Counted from the stretch's first letter, positions 1 to 11,041 are shown. The stretch: DNA of 64,000 bases from Acidobacteriota bacterium (GCA_963666215.2 CAXWPL010000004.1:192001-256000), one strand, 5' to 3'. Numbers and translations are program-made. The notes: a model not told the origin generated them from the sequence alone.

Positions 1-1
1 C

Positions 2-364
2 AGGGCAACGATCGCCCGCCGGGCCGCCACGGCTCGCTGGATCCAAGCGCGATTCGGTGCCTCGAGCTTCGAGGCACTGGGCCTGCCCGGCGGAGCAATC
101 GTGGATGCCGGTCTCGCCGATCTCGCCGCGGGGAAGACGACGCCGGAGAGCCTGCTGGTCTCCCTGGCTGCACCTCGGCTACGCCGGGAAGGCGTCCCGA
201 TGGGTTCGGTAGACGCGGATCCCGAGGAAAGCCTCTACAGAATGTTGTCACTATCCGAAGGCGATCTGGCGCACGCGCGGTACGGCGCCTACCTTCGACA
301 GACGGTTTCCTTCGCGGATGCCTGCCGCGGAGCCCGGTTCGACCGAGGTCGACGTGCGCCGTAG
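2..364 (+). CDS. Hypothetical protein, 5'-partial; putative partner (antitoxin-like) of the downstream nucleotidyltransferase
   Basis: Frame is open from the window edge (RATIARR...GLPGGAIVDAGLADLAAG...SLLVSLAAPRLR...AHARY...VSF). Its stop overlaps the start of the next gene. Confidence 0.65.
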   Translation, partial: RATIARRAATARWIQARFGASSFEALGLPGGAIVDAGLADLAAGKTTPESLLVSLAAPRLRREGVPMGSVDADPEESLYRMLSLSEGDLAHARYGAYLRQTVSFADACRGARFDRGRRAP

Positions 365-887
365 CCTGACGCGGGAGGGGCTGCGAGAGCTGATGAAGGA
401 GCTTGCCCGTACCGCTCCGCCTGGACGGCCATACCGCGTTTTTCTAGTGGGTGGAGGCACGGCGGTTTTCTCGGGCTGGAGAGCGTCCACGATCGACGCC
501 GATCTCCACGCCGATTACGAGGAAGTCTTCCGCGACATCCAGGCCATCAAGGAGCGTCTGCAGCTGAACGTGGAGTTTGTCCGGCCCGAGAACTTCATTC
601 CCGCACTCGCTGGGAGCGACGACCGCCACGTCTTCATCGAGGCGATCGGAAGAGTGAGTTTCTTCCACTACGACCCTTGCGCGCAGCTCCTGTCGAAAGT
701 CGTTCGCGGCTTCCGCCGCGACATGCAGGACGCCGACAGTTTCCTCGCTAGCGGCATGGTGGCCGCGAAACGATTTCGATCTCTCGTACACGCGATCCCG
801 GAAGCGGCCTATGCCAGATACCCGGCCTTGTCTCGAGATGCCGTGATCGAAGCCGTCGACGACTTCTTGGCGCGCAGCGCGAGCTGA
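354..887 (+). CDS. DUF6036-like / AbiEii-type nucleotidyltransferase
   Basis: GTG at 354 with GAGGT at 345-349; motif LVGGGTAV...RASTIDADL (GG...RxTxDxD Pol-beta-like) and KVVRG..RDMQD. Confidence 0.75.
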   Translation: MRRSLTREGLRELMKELARTAPPGRPYRVFLVGGGTAVFSGWRASTIDADLHADYEEVFRDIQAIKERLQLNVEFVRPENFIPALAGSDDRHVFIEAIGRVSFFHYDPCAQLLSKVVRGFRRDMQDADSFLASGMVAAKRFRSLVHAIPEAAYARYPALSRDAVIEAVDDFLARSAS

Positions 888-959
888 TTTCTCTCGACTC
901 CACCGGCGTCCAGCCTGGACGACAGGCCGGGCCTCGGCTACTTGTCTCGCGTGTCCGGG

Positions 960-1307
960 GCGACTCGTGGCGGCACCGAACGTCACGGAGATGCCCGTCA
1001 GGAACTCTCCCCACGTTACCAGGGCCGCGAACACGCCCACGTTCGGCAGAACAACCGTCTCCAGGAACGGAACGAACCAACCGACCGTCCTGCCCGATTC
1101 CAGCACGCCGCCGATCTGACGGGCGATCTCGGCCGGGGCGTCGCCGGCTCGGAGCCAGTACAGACCGGTGCCAATCCACATGGGCCCGATCACCAGTCGC
1201 ACCAGGAGCAACACCAAGCCTGTGGCCCGATAGTCCTTGCTATCGCGCCAGAATGCACGAAAAACTGTTGAACCCTCCCGGTCGGGTACGACGCCGGCTT
1301 GATCCAT
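960..1307 (-). pseudogene. DoxX-family membrane protein, C-terminally truncated
   Basis: LLLVRLVIG...WFVPFLETVVLPN...VTWGEFLTGISVTFGAAT is DoxX-like. After about 966 the frame runs into unrelated sequence antisense to the NTase gene. Confidence 0.55.
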
Positions 1308-1460
1308 CGATCTCACTCGGTAGGCGGGGATGCTGGGGTGCGGGTGCGTTCGGTTTCATGAGCAAGAACCTAGCGGAGGCGCATTTTCTTCCCGAAAATC
1401 GCCAAATCCTCGGGAAATCCCCTGCCCCCGGCTCGACCGACCAGCGGCGCCGGAGCCTCG

Positions 1461-2046
1461 TCAGCTACGGAAGGGGAGGTAGCGCGGCACCTGGGCGGCG
1501 TAGTCGTCGTACGCGCGACCGAATCGCTGGCGCAGCTCTCGCTCCTCGAGCAGAACCAGAAGGTGGATCGTCGGCACGGTCACGATTACCAGCGCGTACA
1601 GCCCCGTGTAGTTCGCAAACAGAGCGTAGGCGAGGCATGCCAGGAGAATCTCGACGTAGCGCGGGTGCCGAATCCTCGAGTAGATCCCCTCGTTCAGCAG
1701 GACACCCGGATAGCTGGCCTGGGAGAGCTCGGGCACACCCACCAGCCGCGCCGTGGTCAGGTACTTCTTCCTTTTCAGGGCGATGATGATCGTGCCTGTA
1801 AAGGTGAGCGCCGCCAGCGCCATCAACGGCGTGCTGGCACCGAGGTCGGATCCCACCAGAGTGGCTCTCGCCGAGTACACCCCGTACATGAGCGCGGCCA
1901 TCGGCGGAGTCAAGATCACGTAGGTCCACATAGCGCCGAGCCGCCGCCAATGGCGCGCGAACGGGTGGATGACGAACCAGAGCGCCAGCCCGGGGGGGCA
2001 GGGCGACGAGCAGCAAGACGGCGATCGCGTAGCGCGCCGTGCTCAC
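1461..2046 (-). pseudogene. Isoprenylcysteine carboxylmethyltransferase/PEMT-family membrane protein, frameshifted
   Basis: N-terminus MSTARYAIAVLLLVALPP is in one frame; body with GIYSRIRHPRY...EERELRQRFG..Y..Y...VPR is in another. The shift is at a G7 run near 1992-1998, so it may be a homopolymer sequencing error. Confidence 0.7.
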
Positions 2047-2079
2047 GATGCCCTGTCGATCACGCGCCCGAGTCCAGGC

Positions 2080-3350
2080 CTAGCGCCCGGTTTGGGACGC
2101 GAGCTCGTCGAGATGCTCGGCCTTCCACTGCATCGCCATGTGGATGCGGGCGCGGCCGCTCGGGTGGTCGAAGAAAAGGAACTCTTCGAGCGGGCCGGGA
2201 TCGAGCTTGCGGTATTCGCTGAGCTTGAGCGCCGTCTGGGCGAAGCCGTCGGGCTCACGGGCGGCGTTGAGGCCGAATGCATCGGCCTCGGCTTCGTTGA
2301 CGCGGATGTTGGTGTTGACGAGTGGCGTCAGCACGAAGCCGTAAATCGATATCAGCAGCATGAGCAGCGGCAGCCCCGCCGGGTCGGCGATACCGCTCAC
2401 CCCCCAGCCGGCCCCCCAGCGTGCCAGCGCACGGTCGAACGCCATCTTGAGAAAGCCGAAGGCGCCGAGCACGAGGAGGGTGAAGAACATCAGACCCTCG
2501 TAGGCGTGGTTGAGCACGTAATGCCCCAACTCGTGCCCCATGACCGCCTTGATCTCGGGCACCGAGGTGCGGTTGAGCAGGTTGTCGTTGAGGCTCACCC
2601 GCATGGTGTTGAGGATGCCGCTGACGTTGGCGCTGATGCGGGTACTCTGGCGCGAGGCATCGAAGACATAGATGTTGTCGACCGGGACGCCGTTGGCGCG
2701 TGCCATGGAGAGGACCGGGTCGCGAACCTCGGCGCGGTCGACCGGGGTGTAGGTGTTGAACAGCGGTGCGATGTAGACAGGCCCCAACAGCTGGAGAATG
2801 ACGAGGAACACCAGCACGACAGCCGTCCCCCACAGCCACCACGTCTGCTGCGCGCGCCTGAACACGGCGTACAGCGCCACCAGCAACAGCGGCGCGATCA
2901 CGAGACCGAGACCGAGGCCAATGAGTCGCTCGCCGAACCACGGTCCGAAGGTCTGGGTGGCGAGCTCGTACTGGTGTTCGCGGAAGAAGCCCGTGTACCA
3001 GGTCAAGGGGAACTTTCGAGAACGGCGGTCAGGAGCAAGAACTGCACCGCGTAGAACGCCGTACGCAGCGGTTTTCTTGAGGTAAGGCCTGCCGCCAGGT
3101 CGCGCATGCGTGCCGAGACGCCTAGGCGAAGAAGCAGCCAGAGCTCGATGGCGCCGTAGAGAAACCCCCACAGCATCAGCCAGTAGCCGCCCTCGAAGTA
3201 GGCGTCGGACCGCGCCTTCTGTTCCGACGACAGCTGTCCCATGTACGCATCGGTGGCGGCGGCGACGTCGAACGCCTGCTGCGCGCTCGCCACCATGGGC
3301 ACCAGCGACAACAAGATCAGTGTCCATGTCCATACAACGCGCTGCTTCAC
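2080..3350 (-). pseudogene. M48 (Ste24/HtpX-like) zinc metalloprotease, frameshifted near 3015
   Basis: GTG at 3350 after AGGAGG; signal peptide and N-terminus in the 3003..3533 frame; HELGH, EAEADAF and DHPS motifs in the 2080..3333 frame. Confidence 0.75.
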
Positions 3351-3531
3351 GAGATGCCTCCTGAGACGATCCGACCCCCGCTCGTGCATCAGGTGCGCTC
3401 GGGATCGGGATGCGCTCCGCAGTCTATGCAGACTACTCGCCGATCGGAAGCGATCCGGCCACCGGGATACTCTCTGCGCTCGACTCGACTCCCACCCCGA
3501 GCGCAACTCCGCCACGGCTTCTCCTACGATC

Positions 3532-5310
3532 ATGACGACACCCAGCCCGCTACGTCGTCTCTTCGGATTCGCGCGGCCCTACCGCCGCGATGCCGTGCTC
3601 GCGACCACGTTCTCGCTGCTGAACAAGTTCTTCGACGTGCTTCCCGAGCTGTTGATCGGGGTCGCCGTCGACGTGGTGGTGAACCAGCGCGACTCGTTCC
3701 TGGCCCGGCAGGGCTTGGCCGACCCGACGCTGCAGCTCTGGGTACTGGCGGCATTGACGATCGTCGTGTGGGCCGTCGAGTCATCCTTCCAGTATTTGCA
3801 CCAGCTCAAGTGGCGCGGACTCGCCCAGGATCTGCAGCACGAGCTACGCCAGGCGGCCTACGCGCATGTTCAGAGGCTGCCGCCAGGGTTCATCGAACGC
3901 GAACGCAGCGGCCGCCTGATGGCGCTACTGAACGAGGACGTCAACCAGGTGGAGCGTTTTCTCAACACGGGCGCCAACGGACTGATTCAGGTGGCCTTCT
4001 CGTCGCTGCTCGTGGGTGGTGTCTTCTTCGCGGTAACCGCCAACCTGGCGGTGCTGGCGATGTTGCCGATTCCACTGATCATCTTCGGCGCCTTCTGGTT
4101 TCAGAAGCGGCTGGCGCCGCGCTATGCGGCCGCACGCGACGCCGCCGGCACGCTGTCGGCGCGGCTGAGCAACAACCTGATTGGCATGGCCACGATCCAG
4201 GCCTATACCGCCGAAGAGTTCGAGGCCGAGCACCTGCGGGCCGCGTCGGACGTATTCCGCGCCCGCAACGCCGCCGCCATCCGTTTCTCGGCTGCGATCA
4301 CCCCGGTGATCCGCATGGCGGTCCTCATCGGATTCATTGCGACTCTGCTCTACGGTGGAGTCCTCGCTCTACGCGGCGAAATTGGCGTTGGCAGCTACTC
4401 CGCCCTGGTGTTCCTCACCCAGCGCCTGCTCTGGCCCCTCACTGGGCTGGCCGAGCTCACCGACCTGTACAACCGCGCCATGGCCTCGGTGAATCGCATC
4501 ATGGATCTGCTCGAAACACCGGCGCCGGCGCAGCCCGAAACGAAGCTGCCCAGCGCTGCTACGGCGACCCTCCGATTCGAGGATCTGCACTTCGCGTACG
4601 ACGGTAAGCCGGCCATCAGCGGAATCGACTTCGATGTGCCGACAGGGACAACCGTGGCGCTCGTGGGCGCTACCGGCGGCGGCAAGAGCACCGTCCTCAA
4701 GCTGCTGATGCGATTTCTCGACGCAGACCACGGTCGCATTCTGTTCGACGGCCACGACATCACCGGCTACGACCCCGGATCGCTGCGCAAGGCAATCGGT
4801 TATGTCGCGCAGGATCCCTTTCTCACCGACAGCACCATCGCCGAGAACATCGCCTACGGAGAAGCCGCTCCCCACGCGACCGCCGTTGAAGCCGCTGCCC
4901 GAGCCGCCGAAGTGCACGACTTTGTCCGAACGCTGCCGCAGAAATACGAGAGTCTGGTTGGCGAACGCGGCACGCAACTATCTGGCGGCCAACGTCAACG
5001 TATCGCTCTGGCCCGAGCCCTTTACCGCGACCCGGCGATCTTGGTGCTCGACGAAGCAACCTCGGCCGTGGACAACAAAACCGAGGCCGCCATCCAGCGT
5101 TCGCTCGCCCACGGCGCCCGCGGCCGGACCACGCTGGTGGTCGCACATCGTCTGTCGACGGTGCGTCACGCCGACGCCATCCACGTCCTGGATCGCGGCC
5201 GCATCGTCGAGAACGGGACGCACGAAGAGCTCATCGCCCAGCGCGGGCTCTACGCCTCGCTTTGGCGACTGCAAACAGGCGAGACGCCGGACACAGGCGA
5301 CTACTCGTAG
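3532..5310 (+). CDS. ABC transporter, fused permease/ATP-binding protein
   Basis: TM domain followed by Walker A GATGGGKS, signature LSGGQRQR, Walker B ILVLDEATS and H-loop AHRLST. Confidence 0.92.
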   Translation: MTTPSPLRRLFGFARPYRRDAVLATTFSLLNKFFDVLPELLIGVAVDVVVNQRDSFLARQGLADPTLQLWVLAALTIVVWAVESSFQYLHQLKWRGLAQDLQHELRQAAYAHVQRLPPGFIERERSGRLMALLNEDVNQVERFLNTGANGLIQVAFSSLLVGGVFFAVTANLAVLAMLPIPLIIFGAFWFQKRLAPRYAAARDAAGTLSARLSNNLIGMATIQAYTAEEFEAEHLRAASDVFRARNAAAIRFSAAITPVIRMAVLIGFIATLLYGGVLALRGEIGVGSYSALVFLTQRLLWPLTGLAELTDLYNRAMASVNRIMDLLETPAPAQPETKLPSAATATLRFEDLHFAYDGKPAISGIDFDVPTGTTVALVGATGGGKSTVLKLLMRFLDADHGRILFDGHDITGYDPGSLRKAIGYVAQDPFLTDSTIAENIAYGEAAPHATAVEAAARAAEVHDFVRTLPQKYESLVGERGTQLSGGQRQRIALARALYRDPAILVLDEATSAVDNKTEAAIQRSLAHGARGRTTLVVAHRLSTVRHADAIHVLDRGRIVENGTHEELIAQRGLYASLWRLQTGETPDTGDYS

Positions 5311-5626
5311 ACGTAGACGCTGCCCGCGTCGTTGGCGTTCGCCGCACCAACGAAGATGGTGCCGCCGCGGAGAGCGATCGCCCCTCCGAACCGATCGTCG
5401 GCATCGATGTCGGAGCCGACGATCTTCTCGCTTTGAGCCCACGCTCCGGCCTTGCGACGAAACAAGTAGATCGAGCCTGAGTTGCCGCCGGCGTCGTTGT
5501 CGAGCGGCGCACCCAAGATGATGGTGCTCTGGGTCATGGCGAACGAGGCGGCACCGGTCCACTGCGGTCCGTCGGCGTCGGCGGCGGTGAGCTTGGCCTT
5601 CTCGACCCACCGAACGTTCTTCTCAT
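5301..5626 (-). pseudogene. FG-GAP repeat protein remnant
   Basis: WVEKAKLTAAD...ILGAPLDND...SGSIYLF...DDRFGGAIAL...VGA...AGSVYVY repeats. The AAGGAG+ATG start near 5626 is out of frame with the repeats. Confidence 0.55.
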
Positions 5627-5730
5627 GAAGTCATCTCCTTGATCCTCCGGGCGTCCGGGCTCGTTCGCCGCATGATAGCTGTCAACCTCCAGCGCCACCC
5701 GACGTTCAGACGTAGACAATCTCACGCAAG

Positions 5731-7254
5731 CTAACGCACGCCCTCATCGAGTCCTCCGTCGGCGCGGTCTGGATCGGAGCTCGCGGCAAGCGCGAACAGG
5801 TGATGCCGCCCGCGAACGAAGAGGGTCCCCTCCGAGATCGCCGGCGAAGCCATGAGGATCTCGCCGATCGGGTTGTGCGCCAACAGCTCGTATGACGCAC
5901 CGGCTCGGACCACGAACACGTCGCCGTCCTCGCTCGGGAAGTAGAGCGCTCCGTCCGAAGCCACGGGCGAGGCCGAAAAGCCGGCGCCCACGGACAGTCG
6001 CGTGCGGTAATGACGCTCTCCACTCGCCAGGTCGTAGGCCGACAGAATGCCGTTGTCGACGATCACCTAGAGGATGCCGCGGTATGCGATGGGCGTCGGG
6101 GTGTAGGGTGAGCCGCGCTCCACCGTCCAGTCGAGATGCTCGCCGCGCTCACCCTGCGTCGCTGGAGTCAGGTCGCCGGTGCCACCGGCCCGCACGGCGT
6201 GGATCGGTCGGGCGCCCGTCGGGTTCCCGCCCGTGATCACAATCTGCTCCCCAACGACGATCGGCGTGGGTGTGATGACCTGGGCGTCGTTGTTCGACAA
6301 CCGCCACAGCTCCCGCCCCGTGCGCGGGTTGTAGGCCACGAAGTAGCGGGGCCGTTGAACACGAGCTCGTCACGCTCTCCTCTGTAGATGGCAGGAGTCG
6401 ACCACGCCGGCTTCTCGTCGCGCTCCACACGCCATGACCTCCTCTCCGGTCTCGAGGCTGTAGGCGGCGACGAAAGAGTTTGCCTGTCGGTCGTTTTGCA
6501 CGACGACCAGGTCCTCGTAGATCACCGGAGAGGTCGCCGGCCCCCATTGGAACTGGGGCTGTCCCCAGTAGCCGACGTCCAGAATGCCGACGTCGGTACG
6601 CCAAATCAGCTCGCCCTGCATGTCGAAGCAGAACAATCCCTCAGAATCGAGCAGCGCCACAATACGCTCGCCATTCGTGGCCGGCGTGGATGAGGCGTGA
6701 CTTGCTTTGCGATGGCGGTGGACCCGTGGGACGCCGTCCCATGCGCTACGGCTCCAGATCGGCTCGCCGGTGTTCTTGTTGAATGCGAGCAGCCGCCAGC
6801 TATGCTCGACCCGATCATCGGCGGTCGCCACGCCGGCAACGTCGGACGGGCCGGTGAGCAGCTCCATCTCTCCGCTCGAAGGAAGAGCTGTTGTCACGTA
6901 GATCGTGTTGCCCCAAACGATCGGGCTCGAGTGCCCCATGCCCGGAATCTCGGCGACCCAGCGCAGGTTCGTGCCATCCGCGGGGTCGAAGTGGATCGGC
7001 AAGCCCTGGTCATCCGCGACACCGGCATGACCGGGGCCACGGAACGCTGGCCAGACCTCGTCAACGACGCCGACGGATGGCGAGATCGACCGTGAAGACG
7101 CCGGTCGGCCAGTTGCCCACCGGCTCGCACTCGAAGCCAACAACGTGGTCGTGGCCCCGACGGTCGATATCACGACCAACGCGAGAAGCCCGACTCGACC
7201 ACGAGCGGCCGGCCGGCGGTCGAACCCTACGGCTCTGTGCGTTCTCACTGGCAA
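5731..7254 (-). pseudogene. PQQ-binding-like beta-propeller protein with two frameshifts and an in-frame TAG
   Basis: WPAFRGP, GHSSPIVWG, ASSTPAT, WSTP and FSASPVA motifs spread over four ORF pieces; shifts near 6432 and 6347; TAG at 6067-6069 in GIL*VIVDNG. Confidence 0.75.
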
Positions 7255-7379
7255 CTCTCGATGCGGGGATTCCGAACGGCGGCGATCGTGGATTCGACGA
7301 CATTCCAGGGCCGTGGCGCCTGCACTAGGAGCCGCGTCCCCCGCGCCAAGCGCGTTCGGGCTCGAGCGTCAACTGCCGC

Positions 7380-9593
7380 TCAGCAGGATAGACAGTTGTT
7401 GTTGTTCTTCGAGCGCAGGCCCTCGAGCAGGGCCATGGCAACCGGGAACGGCCGCACTCGCTGAACCGGCCCGTTGGCCATATCGGCAGTCGTCTGACCC
7501 TTGCGGCTGAGCGCCCTTACGTCGGCGCCCTTCGAGACGAGGTACAGCACCATTTGCACGTCGCCGCGTGCCGCGGCGTGGTGCAGCGGCGTGAACGCCT
7601 TGTCGTCGCGCAGGTTGACGTCGGCGCCGAGCTCCTCCACCAGATACTTCACCGAGGGGAGCCAGCCATCGGGCGCGTGCCGGTGCGAGTTCGCCGAGAA
7701 GCGCTCGCCGTATCCAGCGCCGGCAGCGGCGTGCAGCGGGAACACGGCTTGACCTCCCACGGCGACTGGCGGGATTCCCGACGAATCCTTTTGCTCGTCG
7801 CCGTCACCTGGATTCCGAGCGCCTCGCCTGCGGGTGGGAAGCTTCTTCGTGGGGATGTCGGGATCGGCTCCGTGAGCCATGAGCAGCCGCATTGCCGGCA
7901 CATCGGTGGCGTATGCAGCACGCCAGAACGGCGTGGCACCAGTCGTATCGAGCAGGTGATCGAAGTTGTACGAGCCGTGCCAAAGGTGCCGTTCGAGACG
8001 TGCGTTGGGGTCGGCGCCGGCTTGTAGCACAACCTCGGCCAGCTCGAGATAGCCGGTCTTCTGCTGCTTGTAGGCATTCTGTTGCGGATAACCGGCCTTC
8101 GGCGCCCAGTGAGTGTTCAATGCCGCGTAGAGCGGCGTCGCACCGTTGTCGCTCGCAAGGTTGGGATCCGCACCAAGCTCCAGCAACAACATGCTCAGGT
8201 CGAAGTGGCCGTTGATGATCGAGATCAGCAACGGGCTCGTTTGGTCGCCGGTGCTCACGCCGTTGATATCAGCACCCGAGTCCAAGAGCGCGACAACGGC
8301 CTCGGTATGACCCTCGCGAGCCGCGTACAGCAGCGCGGTCAAACCGCCATGCGCACCAACGAGCTCGGCGAAGCTCGGGGGCCGCGCCGGCGCCTCGGGC
8401 TTCTTGTCTTCGTCTTCTGACGCCTCCCCCTCTTCGCCCTCTCCGCCCTTGGCGGCTGCTTCGCCTTCAGGTGTCGCGTCATCCTCTTCGCCCTCGGCGG
8501 CTGCGTCTTCGCCTTCAGGCGTCGCGGCATCCTCTTCGCTCTCGTCGGCCTGGTCGAGCTGCTCGGGCTCGTCGACCTCGTCGGGCTGCTCGCCTTCTTC
8601 CGACACTGCAGCTCCGCTGGCTTCGGAGGTCTCGTCTTCGTTCTCCTCAGCTGCCGCCTCGGGCTGCGCGAGCCCTTCGACTTCCTCGGACTCTTCGGAT
8701 TCCGCGGGTTCTTCGCCCTCTTCCGCCGGCTCACCTTCTGGCGGACTCTCGCCCTCCTCGCCCTCCTCGCCTTCCTCGGGCTTCTCGGCTTCTTCGCCTT
8801 CTTCCGCTTCGGCGGTTTCGGTTTCCTCCGCTTCGGGCTCGGTCAGCTTGCGGATGGCTTCATCCGTTTGGCGGCGTAAGGTGCGGGCCGCGCGATCGGC
8901 TTTGTCTCGTTCCACAACATCGACCACCTTCGTGGCGATCGTCAGGTCGGCGCCGCGCTCGAGCAGCCGCGAGAGGGCTTCGAGACGGTCGTAGGCCGCC
9001 GCGAACATCAGGGGCGTCTGGCCCCAGGCGGATTCGGTGGCGTTGACGTCCGCTCCGTGATCGAGCAACACCTCCAACGCCTCGGAAGCGCCGCCTGCCG
9101 CCGCGAAGTGGAGCGCGCGCGCGCCGCCGGTGGTGGTGGTGGCGGCTTCGACGTCGGCGCCGACCTCGAGCAGAGTCGTCACGAGCTCGGCGTGTCCGGC
9201 TCTCACCGCCAGATGGAGCGGCGTGTAGCTGCCAATCCGCGTGGTCGCTTCTACGTTCGCGCCGGCGTACACCAGCATCGCCGCGAGATCTCGAGCTCCG
9301 TTCTCGGCGGCCCAGTGCAGAGCGGTCATGCCGTCGCTCTGCGCGGCGTTGACATCGACTCCAGCGCGCAACATTGCGCGCACGTTGTCGTGATCGCCGC
9401 GCATGGCAGCGTCGGCAACCGGTGCATCATCATCGGGCGCGGCACCAACCAGCGCGGGCGACAGAAGCGCGGCGGCGCACAAGACGATTACCCCGCGGCC
9501 GCGGAGGCTACCCGTGCGCGGTCTCCTGGGGCGATCGAGACTGGTGGATCTGTTGAATCTCGTGAAGAAGCCTGTCATTCCGTACCTTCTCAT
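7380..9593 (-). CDS. Secreted ankyrin-repeat protein with long acidic linker and C-terminal CxxC
   Basis: Multiple GxTPLHxAA...LLxxGADVN repeats, signal-like N-terminus, Glu/Ala/Gly-rich insert, ends NNNNCLSC. Exact start uncertain. Confidence 0.88.
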   Translation of the reverse strand: MRRYGMTGFFTRFNRSTSLDRPRRPRTGSLRGRGVIVLCAAALLSPALVGAAPDDDAPVADAAMRGDHDNVRAMLRAGVDVNAAQSDGMTALHWAAENGARDLAAMLVYAGANVEATTRIGSYTPLHLAVRAGHAELVTTLLEVGADVEAATTTTGGARALHFAAAGGASEALEVLLDHGADVNATESAWGQTPLMFAAAYDRLEALSRLLERGADLTIATKVVDVVERDKADRAARTLRRQTDEAIRKLTEPEAEETETAEAEEGEEAEKPEEGEEGEEGESPPEGEPAEEGEEPAESEESEEVEGLAQPEAAAEENEDETSEASGAAVSEEGEQPDEVDEPEQLDQADESEEDAATPEGEDAAAEGEEDDATPEGEAAAKGGEGEEGEASEDEDKKPEAPARPPSFAELVGAHGGLTALLYAAREGHTEAVVALLDSGADINGVSTGDQTSPLLISIINGHFDLSMLLLELGADPNLASDNGATPLYAALNTHWAPKAGYPQQNAYKQQKTGYLELAEVVLQAGADPNARLERHLWHGSYNFDHLLDTTGATPFWRAAYATDVPAMRLLMAHGADPDIPTKKLPTRRRGARNPGDGDEQKDSSGIPPVAVGGQAVFPLHAAAGAGYGERFSANSHRHAPDGWLPSVKYLVEELGADVNLRDDKAFTPLHHAAARGDVQMVLYLVSKGADVRALSRKGQTTADMANGPVQRVRPFPVAMALLEGLRSKNNNNCLSC
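8459..8555. repeat. Imperfect 48-bp tandem repeat (2 copies) within the acidic linker
   Basis: Encodes EEDAATPEGEDAAAEG / EEDDATPEGEAAAKGG on the minus strand. Confidence 0.65.
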
Positions 9594-9607
9594 CTCGGCC
9601 GCGCGCC

Positions 9608-10996
9608 TCAGACGGACAGCGACAGTTCGCCCGTGCTGTCCCCGAAGCGCGACAAATCGTCATGCCCGAGCTTGTGCAGCAGACTCAGCATGACGTTGGC
9701 CATCGGCGTGCCGTCCGGTGCCTTCAGGTGCAGGTTCCCATCGAGTTGCCCGTTCGCCCCGCCGGCGATGAACAACGGGCAGCGACGATGGTTGTGCAGA
9801 TTGGGGTCACCCATAGGTGATCCGTAGATCACCATCGTCTTCTCGAGCAGATTCGTATCGCCCTCGCTGATCTCCTGCAGCTTCTGGAGCAGGTAGGGGA
9901 TCGTGCTGACGTGGTAGCGATTCATCTCCCCGAATTCTTCGATCGCGGCTTCCCGGCCTCCGTGGTGCGACGCGGGGTGGAACCCCTTGTCGACCCCGCT
10001 GCCAGGGTAGACCCGGGCCGAGGCGTCGCGGCCGAGCTTGAACGAGAAAATCCGCGTCGTGTCCGACGCGAACGCCAGCACCTGGAGGTCGAACATCAAC
10101 TCCACGTGATCTTTGAACGAATCGGGAACGCCAGCGGGAGCCTCTGGCAAGGCGCGCTCTTCGCCACTGCTGTTACGATCTTCAATGAGCTCGATGCGGC
10201 GCTCGACTTCGCGGATATTCTGCAGATAACGATCGAGCCGTAGCTGGTCGGCGGCGCCGAAATCCTGCCTGAGATGCGCCACTTCGCGAGCAATCCAGTC
10301 GAGCACGCTACGCTTGTTGCGGCGGCGCGCCGCGCGCTGCTCAGCCGTGCCGCCAGCGCCGAACAAACGGTCGAACACCGCACGCGGATCGCGGATCATC
10401 GGCAGCGCCTCTGTGGGCGACGCCCAGCTGATGGTGTCGGAATACACGCAGGCATAGCCGTAGTCACAGCCGCCGGCCTGATCGACGTTCTCGATGCACA
10501 GCTGCATCGACGGGATCGGCGTGCTCTGGCCAAAACGGTTGGCGTAGATCTGATCGAACGAGGTGCCGGCGAGGACGTCTGAACCCTCGGTTTGCTTCGG
10601 ATGCGACTGCGTGAGGAAAACGGCGCTGGAGCGGTAGTGATCGCCGCCGATCTCGTGCGACTCGAAGGCCTCGGCCATCTTGACGTCTGTATTGCTGACA
10701 ATCGTGAGGTGTTTGCGCCAAGGATCGAGCGGCAACAGCGAGCTCGGTGTCAGATCGAAGTCGTTCCCGGTGGCGCTGGGCGCCCAAAGATTCTTGCCGG
10801 CGCCGTATTCGTTGCTACCGGCCGCACCGTGAACCATCTCGATACAGATCAGTCGCGTCGGGTCGTCGGTCTCTGCGGCCCGCGTCGCGGCCCAGCTGCC
10901 AGCTGGCACCATCGCATCGAGAAAAGGCAGCGCTACCGTTGTCCCGACGCCGCGCAGAACAGTACGTCGGGAGATCCGCTTCCTCGTCAGGTACAT
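9608..10996 (-). CDS. DUF1552 domain protein (Tat signal)
   Basis: ISRRTVLRGVG...LPFLDAM Tat-like N-terminus; GCDYGYACVYSDTISW, HPASHH and NLHNH motifs. Confidence 0.88.
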   Translation of the reverse strand: MYLTRKRISRRTVLRGVGTTVALPFLDAMVPAGSWAATRAAETDDPTRLICIEMVHGAAGSNEYGAGKNLWAPSATGNDFDLTPSSLLPLDPWRKHLTIVSNTDVKMAEAFESHEIGGDHYRSSAVFLTQSHPKQTEGSDVLAGTSFDQIYANRFGQSTPIPSMQLCIENVDQAGGCDYGYACVYSDTISWASPTEALPMIRDPRAVFDRLFGAGGTAEQRAARRRNKRSVLDWIAREVAHLRQDFGAADQLRLDRYLQNIREVERRIELIEDRNSSGEERALPEAPAGVPDSFKDHVELMFDLQVLAFASDTTRIFSFKLGRDASARVYPGSGVDKGFHPASHHGGREAAIEEFGEMNRYHVSTIPYLLQKLQEISEGDTNLLEKTMVIYGSPMGDPNLHNHRRCPLFIAGGANGQLDGNLHLKAPDGTPMANVMLSLLHKLGHDDLSRFGDSTGELSLSV

Positions 10997-11041
10997 CGGC
11001 ACTCCGCCTTTTTGATTCTTTTCTTGAGTCTCGTTCGCGTG

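Noticed and set aside
1992-1998. G7 run as a phase-variation switch
   Set aside because: Short for a contingency tract and indistinguishable from a homopolymer error without reads.
6067-6069. In-frame TAG (also at 50235) as pyrrolysine or read-through
   Set aside because: Both genes have other lesions (frameshifts or truncation), and no pyl genes are visible.
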